The notes: generated from the letters alone by a model not told the origin. DNA of 56,124 bases from Candidatus Moraniibacteriota bacterium (GCA_028695025.1 JAQVJV010000004.1:1-56124); one strand, 5' to 3'. Positions 43,605 to 52,790 are shown, counted from the stretch's first letter. Program-made: numbers and translations.

Positions 43605-44510
43605 ATGAAATACAAAAAGAAAATTTCCGTTTTTTTTCTGGCTGTAATTTTTTTCACAGCTTTTTTTTCATTTTTTCATCCGGTTCTCGCTGATTCAAGC
43701 AGTTATAAAAACCAGGAAAAAATTCCGGGATCGGAGCAAACCGGCGATTTTATCCAATACATGAAAGACATAATCAATTTCGGGTACGCGATAATCGGAA
43801 TTCTCGCCCTCTTCATGCTCATCATCGCCGCGTACCAATACCTCATCGGATCGACCACGGGAAATGTTTCCGGCGCCAAGGAGACGGTAGGATCGGCGAT
43901 TTTGGGGCTTGTCCTCGGCCTTTGCGCCTATATTATCCTCAACACCATCAATCCGGATCTCGTGAGTTTCCGCAGCATCACCCAGATCAAAGGCGTCGAC
44001 CAGCCAATCACCGTTTATCCAAATACCACAGGCGTATCTGAAATTTATGGAGCCAAGACTGCTGTCAGTCCCGCTCCAACTACTGCGGCGAGAGTTTTAC
44101 AATACTTGCCACTAGCCCAGGCCGCTCATGAAAAAAATCCGATTGTGCCAGTCTCCCTAATATTGGCAATGATTGATCAAGAAAGCCAAGGGAATCCCAA
44201 TGCTGTCAGCCCTAAGGGAGCTGTCGGCCTGATGCAAATAATGCCTAAATATTGGGCGGCTGATTATGGCGTTACTACCGAACAACTCAAAGATCCAGAA
44301 ACAAGCATTACGGTTGGAACAAATATTATAGCTAATCTTATAAACAAGTATAACGGCAATATAAACTTAGCCCTTGCCGCCTATAACGCTGGGACAGGAA
44401 ATGTAGATAAGTATGGAGGAATCCCTCCTCTTAAAGAAACACAAGAGTATGTTCCTAAGGTTACTGCAAAAGAAGCTTATTATGCGCAAAAAATAAGCGC
44501 AAGCCAGTAA
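43605..44510 (+). CDS. VirB2-like pilin paralog fused to a C-terminal soluble lytic transglycosylase (VirB1-like) domain
   Basis: The N-terminal 130 aa parallels the previous ORF (DSSSYKNQEKIPG, LIGSTTGNVSGAKET, LGLCAYIILN, INPDLVSFRSITQI). SLT motifs IDQESQGNPNAVSPKGAVGLMQIMP and AAYNAG. Confidence 0.8.
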   Translation: MKYKKKISVFFLAVIFFTAFFSFFHPVLADSSSYKNQEKIPGSEQTGDFIQYMKDIINFGYAIIGILALFMLIIAAYQYLIGSTTGNVSGAKETVGSAILGLVLGLCAYIILNTINPDLVSFRSITQIKGVDQPITVYPNTTGVSEIYGAKTAVSPAPTTAARVLQYLPLAQAAHEKNPIVPVSLILAMIDQESQGNPNAVSPKGAVGLMQIMPKYWAADYGVTTEQLKDPETSITVGTNIIANLINKYNGNINLALAAYNAGTGNVDKYGGIPPLKETQEYVPKVTAKEAYYAQKISASQ

Positions 44511-44549
44511 TTTTTTTTAAAACTTTTGTTATCTTGCTATAATACCCGC

Positions 44550-45149
44550 ATGAACACCCCCTCAAAAAATATCTACCTCGTCGCGTTCGTCTTCATCGTC
44601 GCCATTGCCATCGTGGCTTGGCTTTATGTTGTCAATAAAAACAATCCGATCCAAACATCCCTCTTGAATCCAAGCGGAGAATCCGCCACGGATACCGTTC
44701 CCGGCCAACTTCCCTCCGCCCAGCCCGCCCGGAACCAAAACGCCGACACGGTCCAGGAACTGCCGGAACCCCCTTCGATCCCGGGACAAAAAATCGACGC
44801 GCCCGAAATCTCCGAAAAATACGGGCAATACGCTTTCGAAACCTTTGAAAAAGATTCGGACCTTGTTGGAAAAATAAAAAGCGTCTATCCCGCTTTCAAA
44901 ACCGAACTGATGTATGTTTCATTCCCGTCCCAGGCCTACAAAATGGATGACGGAAAAGAATATCTCGCCCTTGGCGGATGCACCGAACATGACTGCGGAG
45001 GAACCGGAATGGTCGCGCTCTACAACCTCACCGACGACAAGACATATCTTGCCAAAGAAAGCACATCCCAGATCGGCTTCGAAAAATATTACGGCAACCC
45101 CAGCGAAGACGAGGAAAACATAATGCTTAATTATTATCTGTCCAAATAA
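44550..45149 (+). CDS. Membrane-anchored Ivy-like (inhibitor of vertebrate lysozyme family) protein
   Basis: EYLALGGCTEHDCGGTGMVALY parallels the E. coli Ivy loop YQVMSACKPHDCGSQRIAVMW. TGcTATAAT sits 6 nt upstream of the ATG at 44550. Confidence 0.55.
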   Translation: MNTPSKNIYLVAFVFIVAIAIVAWLYVVNKNNPIQTSLLNPSGESATDTVPGQLPSAQPARNQNADTVQELPEPPSIPGQKIDAPEISEKYGQYAFETFEKDSDLVGKIKSVYPAFKTELMYVSFPSQAYKMDDGKEYLALGGCTEHDCGGTGMVALYNLTDDKTYLAKESTSQIGFEKYYGNPSEDEENIMLNYYLSK

Positions 45150-45154
45150 ACCTC

Positions 45155-46351
45155 ATGCCTAAAAAGATTTTTGCCATTTCCACCCTTGTTTTGATGCTCA
45201 CCATCGCCATTATTTTTGCCTATAACTACGCTTTCAAAAAAACGGATTCTTCGGCGTCATCCCAAACCGCCGCCAAATCAACCGCAGAGGGAAAAACCGA
45301 AAACGCTTCAAGCGCTTCAGAAAATACGGCTCCGGCCAATTCTGTTTCCGCTGAAGCTACGGCGAGCAAGCAAACAATTTCCGCGGTTTCCGACCAACCG
45401 GCCTTTGGCGCCGTTCTCGCGCCGGACAACGCCTCGATCTACTATTTTTCCGCCGATAACGGCCAGCTCAACCAGATGGATTTCAACGGCAAGCTGGAGA
45501 AAGTCGTCTCCACGGAAGGCTTCAAGGATATCCAAAAAGTAGCTTGGAACAAATCAAGGAACACAGCCATCATCAAGCGCGCCGACGGAAAAAGCGGGTC
45601 AAAATTCCTCATCCTTGACCTCGCGGAGAAAAAAGTTTCAGCGCTCAAAAACAGCGTTGACAGCGCGGCCTGGTCGAACTTGGGAGACAAAATTATCTAC
45701 AAATATTACGACTCAAAAACCGGGAAGCGGACCGTGAATGTTTCCGACCCGGACGGAGGCAATTGGCGGAAAGTCGCCGACACAAGTTTCGTCGATCTGG
45801 AAATCGCCGCCGTTCCGGGGCTCGCCGCTATTTCTTTCTGGCCGATGCCAGATGCCTATACCGCTACTTCCGTGGACTTGGTGAATTTCAGCGGAGAAAA
45901 CGATAAGGAAATCTTGAAAGGCCGCTACGGCGCCGACCTTCTCTGGTCGCCGGACGGAAAATCAGCGGCTGTGAGCTACACTGACCAGAAAGGCGGAAAA
46001 AAAACAGACCTCGCCATCATGAATTCCGACGGCGGGCAATTCCACTCCCTCAATTTTCCCACTTTCACCAAAAAATGCGCTTGGTCATCCGATTCAAAAC
46101 ATCTCTTCTGCGCCATGCCGGGAAATATTTCCGAAAATTCGACCCTTCCCGACGACTGGCAGGAAGGAAAATTCCAAACCGCCGACACTTTTTGGAAAAT
46201 TGAAGTGGCCACCGGAAAAAAAGACCGCCTTGTTGAAGTGGAAAAAATCGACGATTCCTACGACGTCCTCAATCCTTTTCTTTCCGCCGATGAAAAAACC
46301 TTGTTTTTTATAAACAAGGCCGACGGAAAGCTGTATAAGTTAAGCTTTTAG
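45155..46351 (+). CDS. Membrane-anchored TolB-like beta-propeller protein
   Basis: N-terminal TM. Repeated WSPDGK / SDSKHLFC / SADEKTLFF-type PD40-like blades. Confidence 0.7.
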   Translation: MPKKIFAISTLVLMLTIAIIFAYNYAFKKTDSSASSQTAAKSTAEGKTENASSASENTAPANSVSAEATASKQTISAVSDQPAFGAVLAPDNASIYYFSADNGQLNQMDFNGKLEKVVSTEGFKDIQKVAWNKSRNTAIIKRADGKSGSKFLILDLAEKKVSALKNSVDSAAWSNLGDKIIYKYYDSKTGKRTVNVSDPDGGNWRKVADTSFVDLEIAAVPGLAAISFWPMPDAYTATSVDLVNFSGENDKEILKGRYGADLLWSPDGKSAAVSYTDQKGGKKTDLAIMNSDGGQFHSLNFPTFTKKCAWSSDSKHLFCAMPGNISENSTLPDDWQEGKFQTADTFWKIEVATGKKDRLVEVEKIDDSYDVLNPFLSADEKTLFFINKADGKLYKLSF

Positions 46352-46356
46352 AAAAA

Positions 46357-47589
46357 TTATTTTTTGCTTTTGGCTGGACTACCGTTAGATAAATAATAAT
46401 TTGCAAAAACAACCGCCCAAAAAACCACCGCCAAATCATTCCGCCAATAAGTCGTGTCAACCAGGCCGTGGGCGAGAATATAGGCCATGACTGCCGAAAA
46501 TAATATCCCCAAATCTCGGTCCTTTTGGATCGAGATTTTATTGTCCCGAAAAAAAAGAAAACTTACCCAAACAAATCCGGCAAACCCCAAAATTCCCGAT
46601 TCCAGCCAAAAAGCGAGAAATATATTGTGCGGTTGAGGAACCGACCATTCAAGATACGGCGGAAAATATTTTTGATATTCGAGATACTTCTCCTGAAAAT
46701 TTCCCGGCCCGATCCCGAAAAACGGATTTTTTTGGGCCATCAACCCCGCCGATTTCCCGATCATGATCCGAGAGGCCAGCGAAGATCGCCCGCCCATTTT
46801 TTGAATAGCCTGAAACTTGCTCACTCCCGCCCAAGATAATAAAGCTGTGATTATCAATCCAACCAAAAATACATTTTTTATTTTTACTTTATTTTTTAGT
46901 TCAAACACCAGCCAGACAAGAAGAGAGATCCCCAAGGCCAGCCAGGCTCCGTACGACTTCGTGAAAAAAAGGGCAAGTGCTGTCAAAATCAAACCGGAGT
47001 AAAAAAATTCTCGTTTCTCGTTTCTCGTTTCACGTTTCGCAAAATACACGCCGACCAAAAACGGAACCGCGAGATACATCGCCAATTGGTTGGGCGAGCT
47101 CCAAAAAGCCGCGAGGCGTCCGTCGTAAGTGGTAGCACCCGAAATTTCATAAGCCAAACCGACTGCTGAAACCGCCACTCCCGAACAAAACAAAGCCGCC
47201 AGGGACCGCTCCAGCAATTTTTTGTCTTTTTTCATCCCATCATAAAAAACGATTCCGAACAAGATCGGAAAAAAGAACCAGCCCTTGATGGCGCCCAAGC
47301 CTGAATGGAAATTTTTGTTCGCAATGACCGATAAGATCAGGCCGGTGAAGATAAGGGAAATTGGAACGAAATATTTTGTATTTTGTCTGGCTACGCCAGA
47401 TCTGGAAAAGCCAGATATCTCGTATATTATATCTTTATTAAAAAACCAAATTAAAAAAAGACCGAGAATTAACAGCTCCAGAACGTTAAAAGAAATCCGG
47501 CCTGGTTTTATTTTTATTAAATAAGCCGGCAATAAAAACAATATCGCTATGATCAAAAAGTTTTTAATTTTACGCTGTAGTTTTTCCAT
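46357..47589 (-). CDS. O-antigen ligase (Wzy_C) family membrane protein
   Basis: 10+ TM helices, TKSYGAWLALGISLL, PQPHNIFLAFWLESGILGF. Confidence 0.8.
   Translation of the reverse strand: MEKLQRKIKNFLIIAILFLLPAYLIKIKPGRISFNVLELLILGLFLIWFFNKDIIYEISGFSRSGVARQNTKYFVPISLIFTGLILSVIANKNFHSGLGAIKGWFFFPILFGIVFYDGMKKDKKLLERSLAALFCSGVAVSAVGLAYEISGATTYDGRLAAFWSSPNQLAMYLAVPFLVGVYFAKRETRNEKREFFYSGLILTALALFFTKSYGAWLALGISLLVWLVFELKNKVKIKNVFLVGLIITALLSWAGVSKFQAIQKMGGRSSLASRIMIGKSAGLMAQKNPFFGIGPGNFQEKYLEYQKYFPPYLEWSVPQPHNIFLAFWLESGILGFAGFVWVSFLFFRDNKISIQKDRDLGILFSAVMAYILAHGLVDTTYWRNDLAVVFWAVVFANYYLSNGSPAKSKK
47008..47040. repeat. Heptanucleotide tandem repeat (TTCTCGT) x3 plus degenerate units, inside the ligase-like gene
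   Basis: ttctcgt ttctcgt ttctcgt ttcacgt ttcgc. Read on the - strand it encodes AKRETRNEKRE. Confidence 0.85.
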
Positions 47590-48862
47590 TTTCGATTTTA
47601 GTTTTTAGATTTAATGGAGATAATCCCAGAGCAATTACTACCAGGAGCAATGCGAGCGCCTGCGGCGAATATAGCGCCGTGTCAAAAACAGAATGGATCA
47701 AAAAACCGGCCAGTCCCGCCGCAATCCCCAGCCCGAGCATATTCCCGCTTTTCACGCCTCGCCAGACTGAAAAGAGAAGCAAGCCAAAAAAAACTATTGC
47801 ATTCAGAATTCCGGTTTCCGCCGCAATGTCCAAAAACAAGTTATGGGCATAAATTGACGACCTCGTGCCGGATTCCGGATCAATTGTCCTTGCATAGTTT
47901 CCAAGTCCGACACCCGACAGAGGATAATCCCGGACCATATCCATTGCTTGGTTCCAATTTTCGATGCGCTCCGCATTGGAACCCTCGCGCAAATTGAATG
48001 ATGATGCCAAGCGCTTCACGACCGTTTGTGAATTGAAAACGGTGATCCCGACAATGAATATAAAAACTGCCAGCATTGCCTTTCCTAAGAGATTGGCCCT
48101 TTTAAGATACACTGCCGCAAAAAAGAAACCGCCGGCGATGAGGCCCAGATAACCGCCCCGGGAAAAAGAGAGGATCGACGCCAGGAGAGCAAGAGCCGCT
48201 GAAATTGCCAAAAATATTTTTTGGCTCTTTTCCTTCGCAACAAAAAAACAGCCAAGAGCGGTAAAAAAAGAAAGATTGATGAAAAAAGCGAAGTTATGCG
48301 GATCCGGGAAGAAGCCGAAAGCCCGCATGATGGTCTCGCCCCGCACATTTACAAGCCAGCTCGAATTTCCCGCCACCAATTTTCCAAAAGACTGCCCGAG
48401 AAAAACCGGCGCCATATTTTCCCAAATTTTGACCACTTTCCCGATTCCAAGAAAAAAGGGAAGCGCAAACTGAAAAAGCGCGACGACCGCCGCTAAAAGC
48501 CCGCCGGCCGCAACTGCCTGCGCCCCATATTCTTTCCATCTCTTTCCCTGAAAAACATCTGCTGCTACAAAGAAAATTGGAAAAATCGAGAGAAAATAGA
48601 CCAATTTCCGAAATCCGGCGCTTGCGTCCCGGCCCAAAAAAAGAGAAAGCGCGGATAAAAAAAGAAAAACCGCAACCAGCCACGGCTCCACTTTGTCGGG
48701 AATTTCTATTTTCTTGCGGGCTAACCCCCGCGCCAGCCAAAAAAGAAAGAGGAGCGGAACCAAAACCCGCGTCGTCACCAGATCAAAACCGTCGCCGATA
48801 TTCAAGGCGAATTGAAGAGGAAGGGAGAGGATCATGATAAGCAAAAAATATTCCGTTATCAT
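47570..48862 (-). CDS. O-antigen ligase (Wzy_C) family membrane protein (paralog)
   Basis: FSRGGYLGLIAGGFFF, IYAHNLFLDIAAETGILN. The ATG at 48862 overlaps the GT2 stop (ATGA). Confidence 0.8.
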   Translation of the reverse strand: MITEYFLLIMILSLPLQFALNIGDGFDLVTTRVLVPLLFLFWLARGLARKKIEIPDKVEPWLVAVFLFLSALSLFLGRDASAGFRKLVYFLSIFPIFFVAADVFQGKRWKEYGAQAVAAGGLLAAVVALFQFALPFFLGIGKVVKIWENMAPVFLGQSFGKLVAGNSSWLVNVRGETIMRAFGFFPDPHNFAFFINLSFFTALGCFFVAKEKSQKIFLAISAALALLASILSFSRGGYLGLIAGGFFFAAVYLKRANLLGKAMLAVFIFIVGITVFNSQTVVKRLASSFNLREGSNAERIENWNQAMDMVRDYPLSGVGLGNYARTIDPESGTRSSIYAHNLFLDIAAETGILNAIVFFGLLLFSVWRGVKSGNMLGLGIAAGLAGFLIHSVFDTALYSPQALALLLVVIALGLSPLNLKTKIENGKTTA

Positions 48863-49677
48863 ATTATTTTTCTGAAAAAAAAACTGGCATTCTTTACATA
48901 CAAAGGGAGCCTTAAAATTTTCATGGCCGCCGCCCAAACCGGACCGAAATGTTTTTGGTGATAATAATCCTGAGAAGCATAGTAATATTTTTTCTTTTCC
49001 CGTTCGCTTTCAAAACTTTTTCCTCCCGCATGAAAAACGCGGGCCCGCGGGACAACCGCGATTTTGTACCCAGCGTTTTTCGCCCGCAAACAGAGATCCA
49101 CATCCTCGAAATACATGAAAAAATTCTCGTCAAAACCGCCGAGCGATTCGAACATATTTTTTCGGACGCACATCGCCCCGCCGCTCACCCAATCAGCCTC
49201 AAAAATATTTTCTTCTTGAAAAATATCTTCCGGAAAAGACAAAATTTTTCCAAAAATGGTCGAGAGCGGCGTCCTTTTTTCTCCAAAATTGCCTGCTTGA
49301 ATTTTTCCGGCGGCATCGATCAAAAAGGGGCTGGCAATTCCAATTTTTTCATCACTTAAGAAAACATTTATGATTTCCTCAAAAAATCCGGGAAGAATTT
49401 TTGCGTCCGGATTGAGGAATAAAACATACTCTCCCGAAGAATTTTGAAAAGCCGTGTTATGCGCCCGTCCAAAACCGATATTTCTCTTCATTTCAATCAC
49501 TCGCAATGTTATTCGCGGCCCGAAATCCGGCAAAGAAGGAGCGATTTCATTTTCGTCGTTATTCACAACGATAATCTCGACATCAAGATCAGCCGGCAAA
49601 TTTTCCAATATCGAAAAAAGGCACTCTTTGAGATAGTGCCGGCTGCGATAATTCACAATTTGAATCGTGAGTTGCAT
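48859..49677 (-). CDS. Family 2 glycosyltransferase
   Basis: QIVNYRSRHYL..., VVNNDENE, FLNPDA, FFMYFEDVDLCLRAKNAGYKI. Confidence 0.9.
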   Translation of the reverse strand: MQLTIQIVNYRSRHYLKECLFSILENLPADLDVEIIVVNNDENEIAPSLPDFGPRITLRVIEMKRNIGFGRAHNTAFQNSSGEYVLFLNPDAKILPGFFEEIINVFLSDEKIGIASPFLIDAAGKIQAGNFGEKRTPLSTIFGKILSFPEDIFQEENIFEADWVSGGAMCVRKNMFESLGGFDENFFMYFEDVDLCLRAKNAGYKIAVVPRARVFHAGGKSFESEREKKKYYYASQDYYHQKHFGPVWAAAMKILRLPLYVKNASFFFRKII

Positions 49678-49679
49678 AT

Positions 49680-51131
49680 TTATGCAATCGGCTCAAACTC
49701 CGCCGGCTCGCCGTTTTGCTTATTTATCAAACTTCGCACCTCTTCAAGGCTGATCGCCCGGAACAGCCAAAGGAGGAGGAAATATACAACCACCCCCGAA
49801 ACGGCTTGCAGAGGAAAACTCAAATTTTGGAAACTGTGAAAAACAAAGGCCATTCCCGCTCCGGAAACCAGTATGGGAATGATTTTCGAAAAAGAAGGAA
49901 CGTATTGAAGATTTCTCCACGCCGCCCAAAAAGAAAGGATCGCCACCAAGCCTTCGGTCAGGCTGGACGTCAGCGCCGCTCCCATATAGGAAAAGCGGGG
50001 GATCAGGAATAGATTCAAAGAGATGTTGAAAACGGCGCAAAAAAGGAGGATGCCCAGCATTTTTTTCTGGAGGCTTCCGGCGATTATCACATTAGTAAAA
50101 AAGTTTCCGAAGAAAATGAACACCATCGCCGCCGAGAGAAGCCGAAGCACCGGAACCGATTCGGAGAACCCCGCCCCGCCGATAAGCCGGATTATGCCGC
50201 CCGCCAAAAAAACCGTGCCGATGAAGAGAGGAACAGTCAGGATCAAGAAAACTTTGAAGGTATTGTCGGCCACAATTTCGAATTTCTTCCGCTCATGGAA
50301 AATATAGCGCGACATGATCGGCATCACGAGCCCCACGAACATGGAAGGGAAAAAGGAAATGTTTTCAAGGACTTTATAGGCCGCGTTATAAATCCCCACA
50401 TCGGCGCTTGTTTTCATCACGGACAGCAAAATCGTATCCAGCTTGAAATAGGCAAACACAATAATCGCGGAAATTCCCACCGGATATGATTCCTTGAGAA
50501 ATTTCTTCCAGGCGGAAAAATCAAAGGCGGGGGAGAATTTGATATAGCGCCGCGACCAAACATACACGATAAAAAAACTCACCAACATATTGAGAAAGAG
50601 CGTCCCAATGATTGCAAGAAATCCAAGGTTATATTTCACCGCAAGGACGATCGCCGACACCTGGACTATTTTCCCCGCCAATTCCCCGGTGGCCACCTTG
50701 TCCATGGCCAGCCTTTTTTGAAAAAGCCCGATAAGGACGGAATAGCCGGAAGAAAAAACATAAGCAAGCGCCGAAATGATGATCCCAAGCTTCACCGGCT
50801 CCGGGTAGGGAAGGAAAATAACTATCAAAAAAGAAACGAGAACGATGAAAAGCGATGAGGCCAGCCGGATCGAAAAAACATTTCCGAGGATTTCCTTTTC
50901 ATCGCTTCCCGGACGGGAAATTTCCCGGGTGGAAATGGTATAAAGCCCCAAATCAGCAAGCGCTCCGAAAAAGAAAAAAAAGGCGAGCACGGTGGAATAA
51001 TCACCGAACCCGTCTTTTCCCAAATAGCGCGTGATGAATCCGATCCCGACCAGCGCCAAAACCGTTCCCGTCATTTTGGCGGCGGCGGAGAAAACGGCAT
51101 TATACGCAATTTTTCTTGGAACGGAAGACAT
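49680..51131 (-). CDS. Wzx/MOP-family polysaccharide flippase
   Basis: 483 aa with about 12-14 TM helices and a typical N-terminus (NAVFSAAAKMTGTVLALVGIGFITRYLGKDGFGDY). Confidence 0.85.
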   Translation of the reverse strand: MSSVPRKIAYNAVFSAAAKMTGTVLALVGIGFITRYLGKDGFGDYSTVLAFFFFFGALADLGLYTISTREISRPGSDEKEILGNVFSIRLASSLFIVLVSFLIVIFLPYPEPVKLGIIISALAYVFSSGYSVLIGLFQKRLAMDKVATGELAGKIVQVSAIVLAVKYNLGFLAIIGTLFLNMLVSFFIVYVWSRRYIKFSPAFDFSAWKKFLKESYPVGISAIIVFAYFKLDTILLSVMKTSADVGIYNAAYKVLENISFFPSMFVGLVMPIMSRYIFHERKKFEIVADNTFKVFLILTVPLFIGTVFLAGGIIRLIGGAGFSESVPVLRLLSAAMVFIFFGNFFTNVIIAGSLQKKMLGILLFCAVFNISLNLFLIPRFSYMGAALTSSLTEGLVAILSFWAAWRNLQYVPSFSKIIPILVSGAGMAFVFHSFQNLSFPLQAVSGVVVYFLLLWLFRAISLEEVRSLINKQNGEPAEFEPIA

Positions 51132-51165
51132 TTTATTGATTTTTCAAGCCAGCCCGTGAAAAAAT

Positions 51166-51669
51166 TTATTGGGTGGCGTTTTCCAATTTTTCAAGATCGC
51201 CCACCGGACGCACCACCACTTTCCGATTCTCCCCCTCACCGATACTTTCGGTTTTCACGTTTTCATTTCCGGAAAGCTCCAAGTGGACCAGGCGTCGTTC
51301 ATAGGCGCTCATGGGGCGCAGAACAACCGGCTTTCTTTCGTTTATGGCTTGCTTGGCCGCTTCAACGGCGATTTCCGCAATGGAACCGGTCTTTTGCTGG
51401 AGATAATTGTTGACATCGACCAAAAATTTGAACCGTTCTTCTGTTCTTCGCCGGACCAGAAGGCGCAAAATATGCTGAAGGGCGGAAAGGGTGATCCCGT
51501 ATTGCCCGATAAGAAGGTTTGATTCCGGAGTTTCGATATTCACGAAAAAATTTTCCCCATCTTCTCCGCCCTCAACCTGAAGATTGATTTTGAAATCCCG
51601 GAAGGTCATTTTCTCGAGAGTTTCTTCGGTTATTTTTTCAAGCATCTCTGCTTTTTCTTGGCTGTTCAT
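51166..51669 (-). CDS. jag: Jag/KhpB RNA-binding protein (KH + R3H)
   Basis: LIGQYGITLSALQHIL (KH) and YERRLVHLEL (R3H). Conserved position next to yidC. Confidence 0.9.
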   Translation of the reverse strand: MNSQEKAEMLEKITEETLEKMTFRDFKINLQVEGGEDGENFFVNIETPESNLLIGQYGITLSALQHILRLLVRRRTEERFKFLVDVNNYLQQKTGSIAEIAVEAAKQAINERKPVVLRPMSAYERRLVHLELSGNENVKTESIGEGENRKVVVRPVGDLEKLENATQ

Positions 51670-51689
51670 ATATTTTCAAATTTTACCAA

Positions 51690-52409
51690 TTAGCTTGTTG
51701 TCTTCCCGCTTTTTCGGGTTATCCAATATTGCTGGGCAATCATGAAAAGGGTCATTACCAGCCAATAAAGCGGCAAGCCGGCCGGAAATTTCGCGCCGAT
51801 GAAAAGGGTAAGAATCGGCCCCAGATAAAGCATCTGTTTGTTCATCACTTGGGTGAAATCTGCTTTGTCGCCAGCCGGGCTGGAGCTTGGCGCCGCTCCC
51901 ATCATCATTTTGGTTTGCCAATACTGGGCTCCGGCCGCAACAGCCGCAAGGATGATGTTCGGCTTGGCAAGGTCCATAATTCCCAAAAATCCGGTAGCAA
52001 TTTTCCCCGGACAAGTTATGAAAGAATAAATATCGGTACACTGCGAAAAATTGATTCCCGCTTCCAAGGCTCGATAAAGAGCAATAATGAAAACGATCTG
52101 GACGACAAGAGGGAGGCATCCCGAAGCAGGATTCACTTTTTTTTCTTTATACAAATTCATGAGCTCCCGCCCCTGCTTTTCCTTGTCGCTTTTGTATTTC
52201 TCCTGGATCCGCTTGATCTCCGGCTGGAGTTCCTGCATTTTTTTCTGCGATTCGATCTGCTTTTGGGAAAGGGGATAAAGAATCGCCCGGATAAGGATGG
52301 TAAGCAGAATTATTGCCACGCCCAAATCGTGACCCGGGATGATATTATAAAAAAATATCAAAGCGTTGAAGATGGGCTGGTAGACAAATGTATGGAATAA
52401 CTGGCTCAT
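51690..52409 (-). CDS. yidC: Membrane protein insertase YidC (short form)
   Basis: AIILLTILIRAILYPL, KMQELQPEIKRIQEKYK, NPASGCLP, FPAGLPLYW. Confidence 0.95.
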   Translation of the reverse strand: MSQLFHTFVYQPIFNALIFFYNIIPGHDLGVAIILLTILIRAILYPLSQKQIESQKKMQELQPEIKRIQEKYKSDKEKQGRELMNLYKEKKVNPASGCLPLVVQIVFIIALYRALEAGINFSQCTDIYSFITCPGKIATGFLGIMDLAKPNIILAAVAAGAQYWQTKMMMGAAPSSSPAGDKADFTQVMNKQMLYLGPILTLFIGAKFPAGLPLYWLVMTLFMIAQQYWITRKSGKTTS

Positions 52410-52774
52410 GAAATTGGATTCTCGATTGGATAAATTTTGGCTTTCTTAAGTAAATTTTCGACTTTTTCCTCGATCAGGGTAAGGCTCAATCCGTCTTTCG
52501 GAAAACGGGGATTAACCAGAAAAACGATATTCTTCCCGAATTGAACTTGCTTGATTTTTCCACGGACCGCCTCCCGCATCCAGCGCTTCACCCGGTTGCG
52601 CTCAACCGCTTTTTTGGAGAATTTCACTCCAACGGCAAAACCGAAGTGCGATGCTTCACCGGCTTTTCCCGATCCCACCTTCATCAGCAAAACATCGTTG
52701 GAGAAAGTTTGCCCGCCGCGAAAGAGGGCATTAAACTCTTTTTTATCTTTAAGGCGATGCCTGGCGGAAAGCAT
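52406..52774 (-). CDS. rnpA: Ribonuclease P protein component
   Basis: MLSARHRLKDKKEFNALFRGG...AVERNRVKRWMREA. Overlaps the yidC start. Confidence 0.92.
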   Translation of the reverse strand: MLSARHRLKDKKEFNALFRGGQTFSNDVLLMKVGSGKAGEASHFGFAVGVKFSKKAVERNRVKRWMREAVRGKIKQVQFGKNIVFLVNPRFPKDGLSLTLIEEKVENLLKKAKIYPIENPIS

Positions 52775-52790
52775 GTAGATAAAGTAAAAA

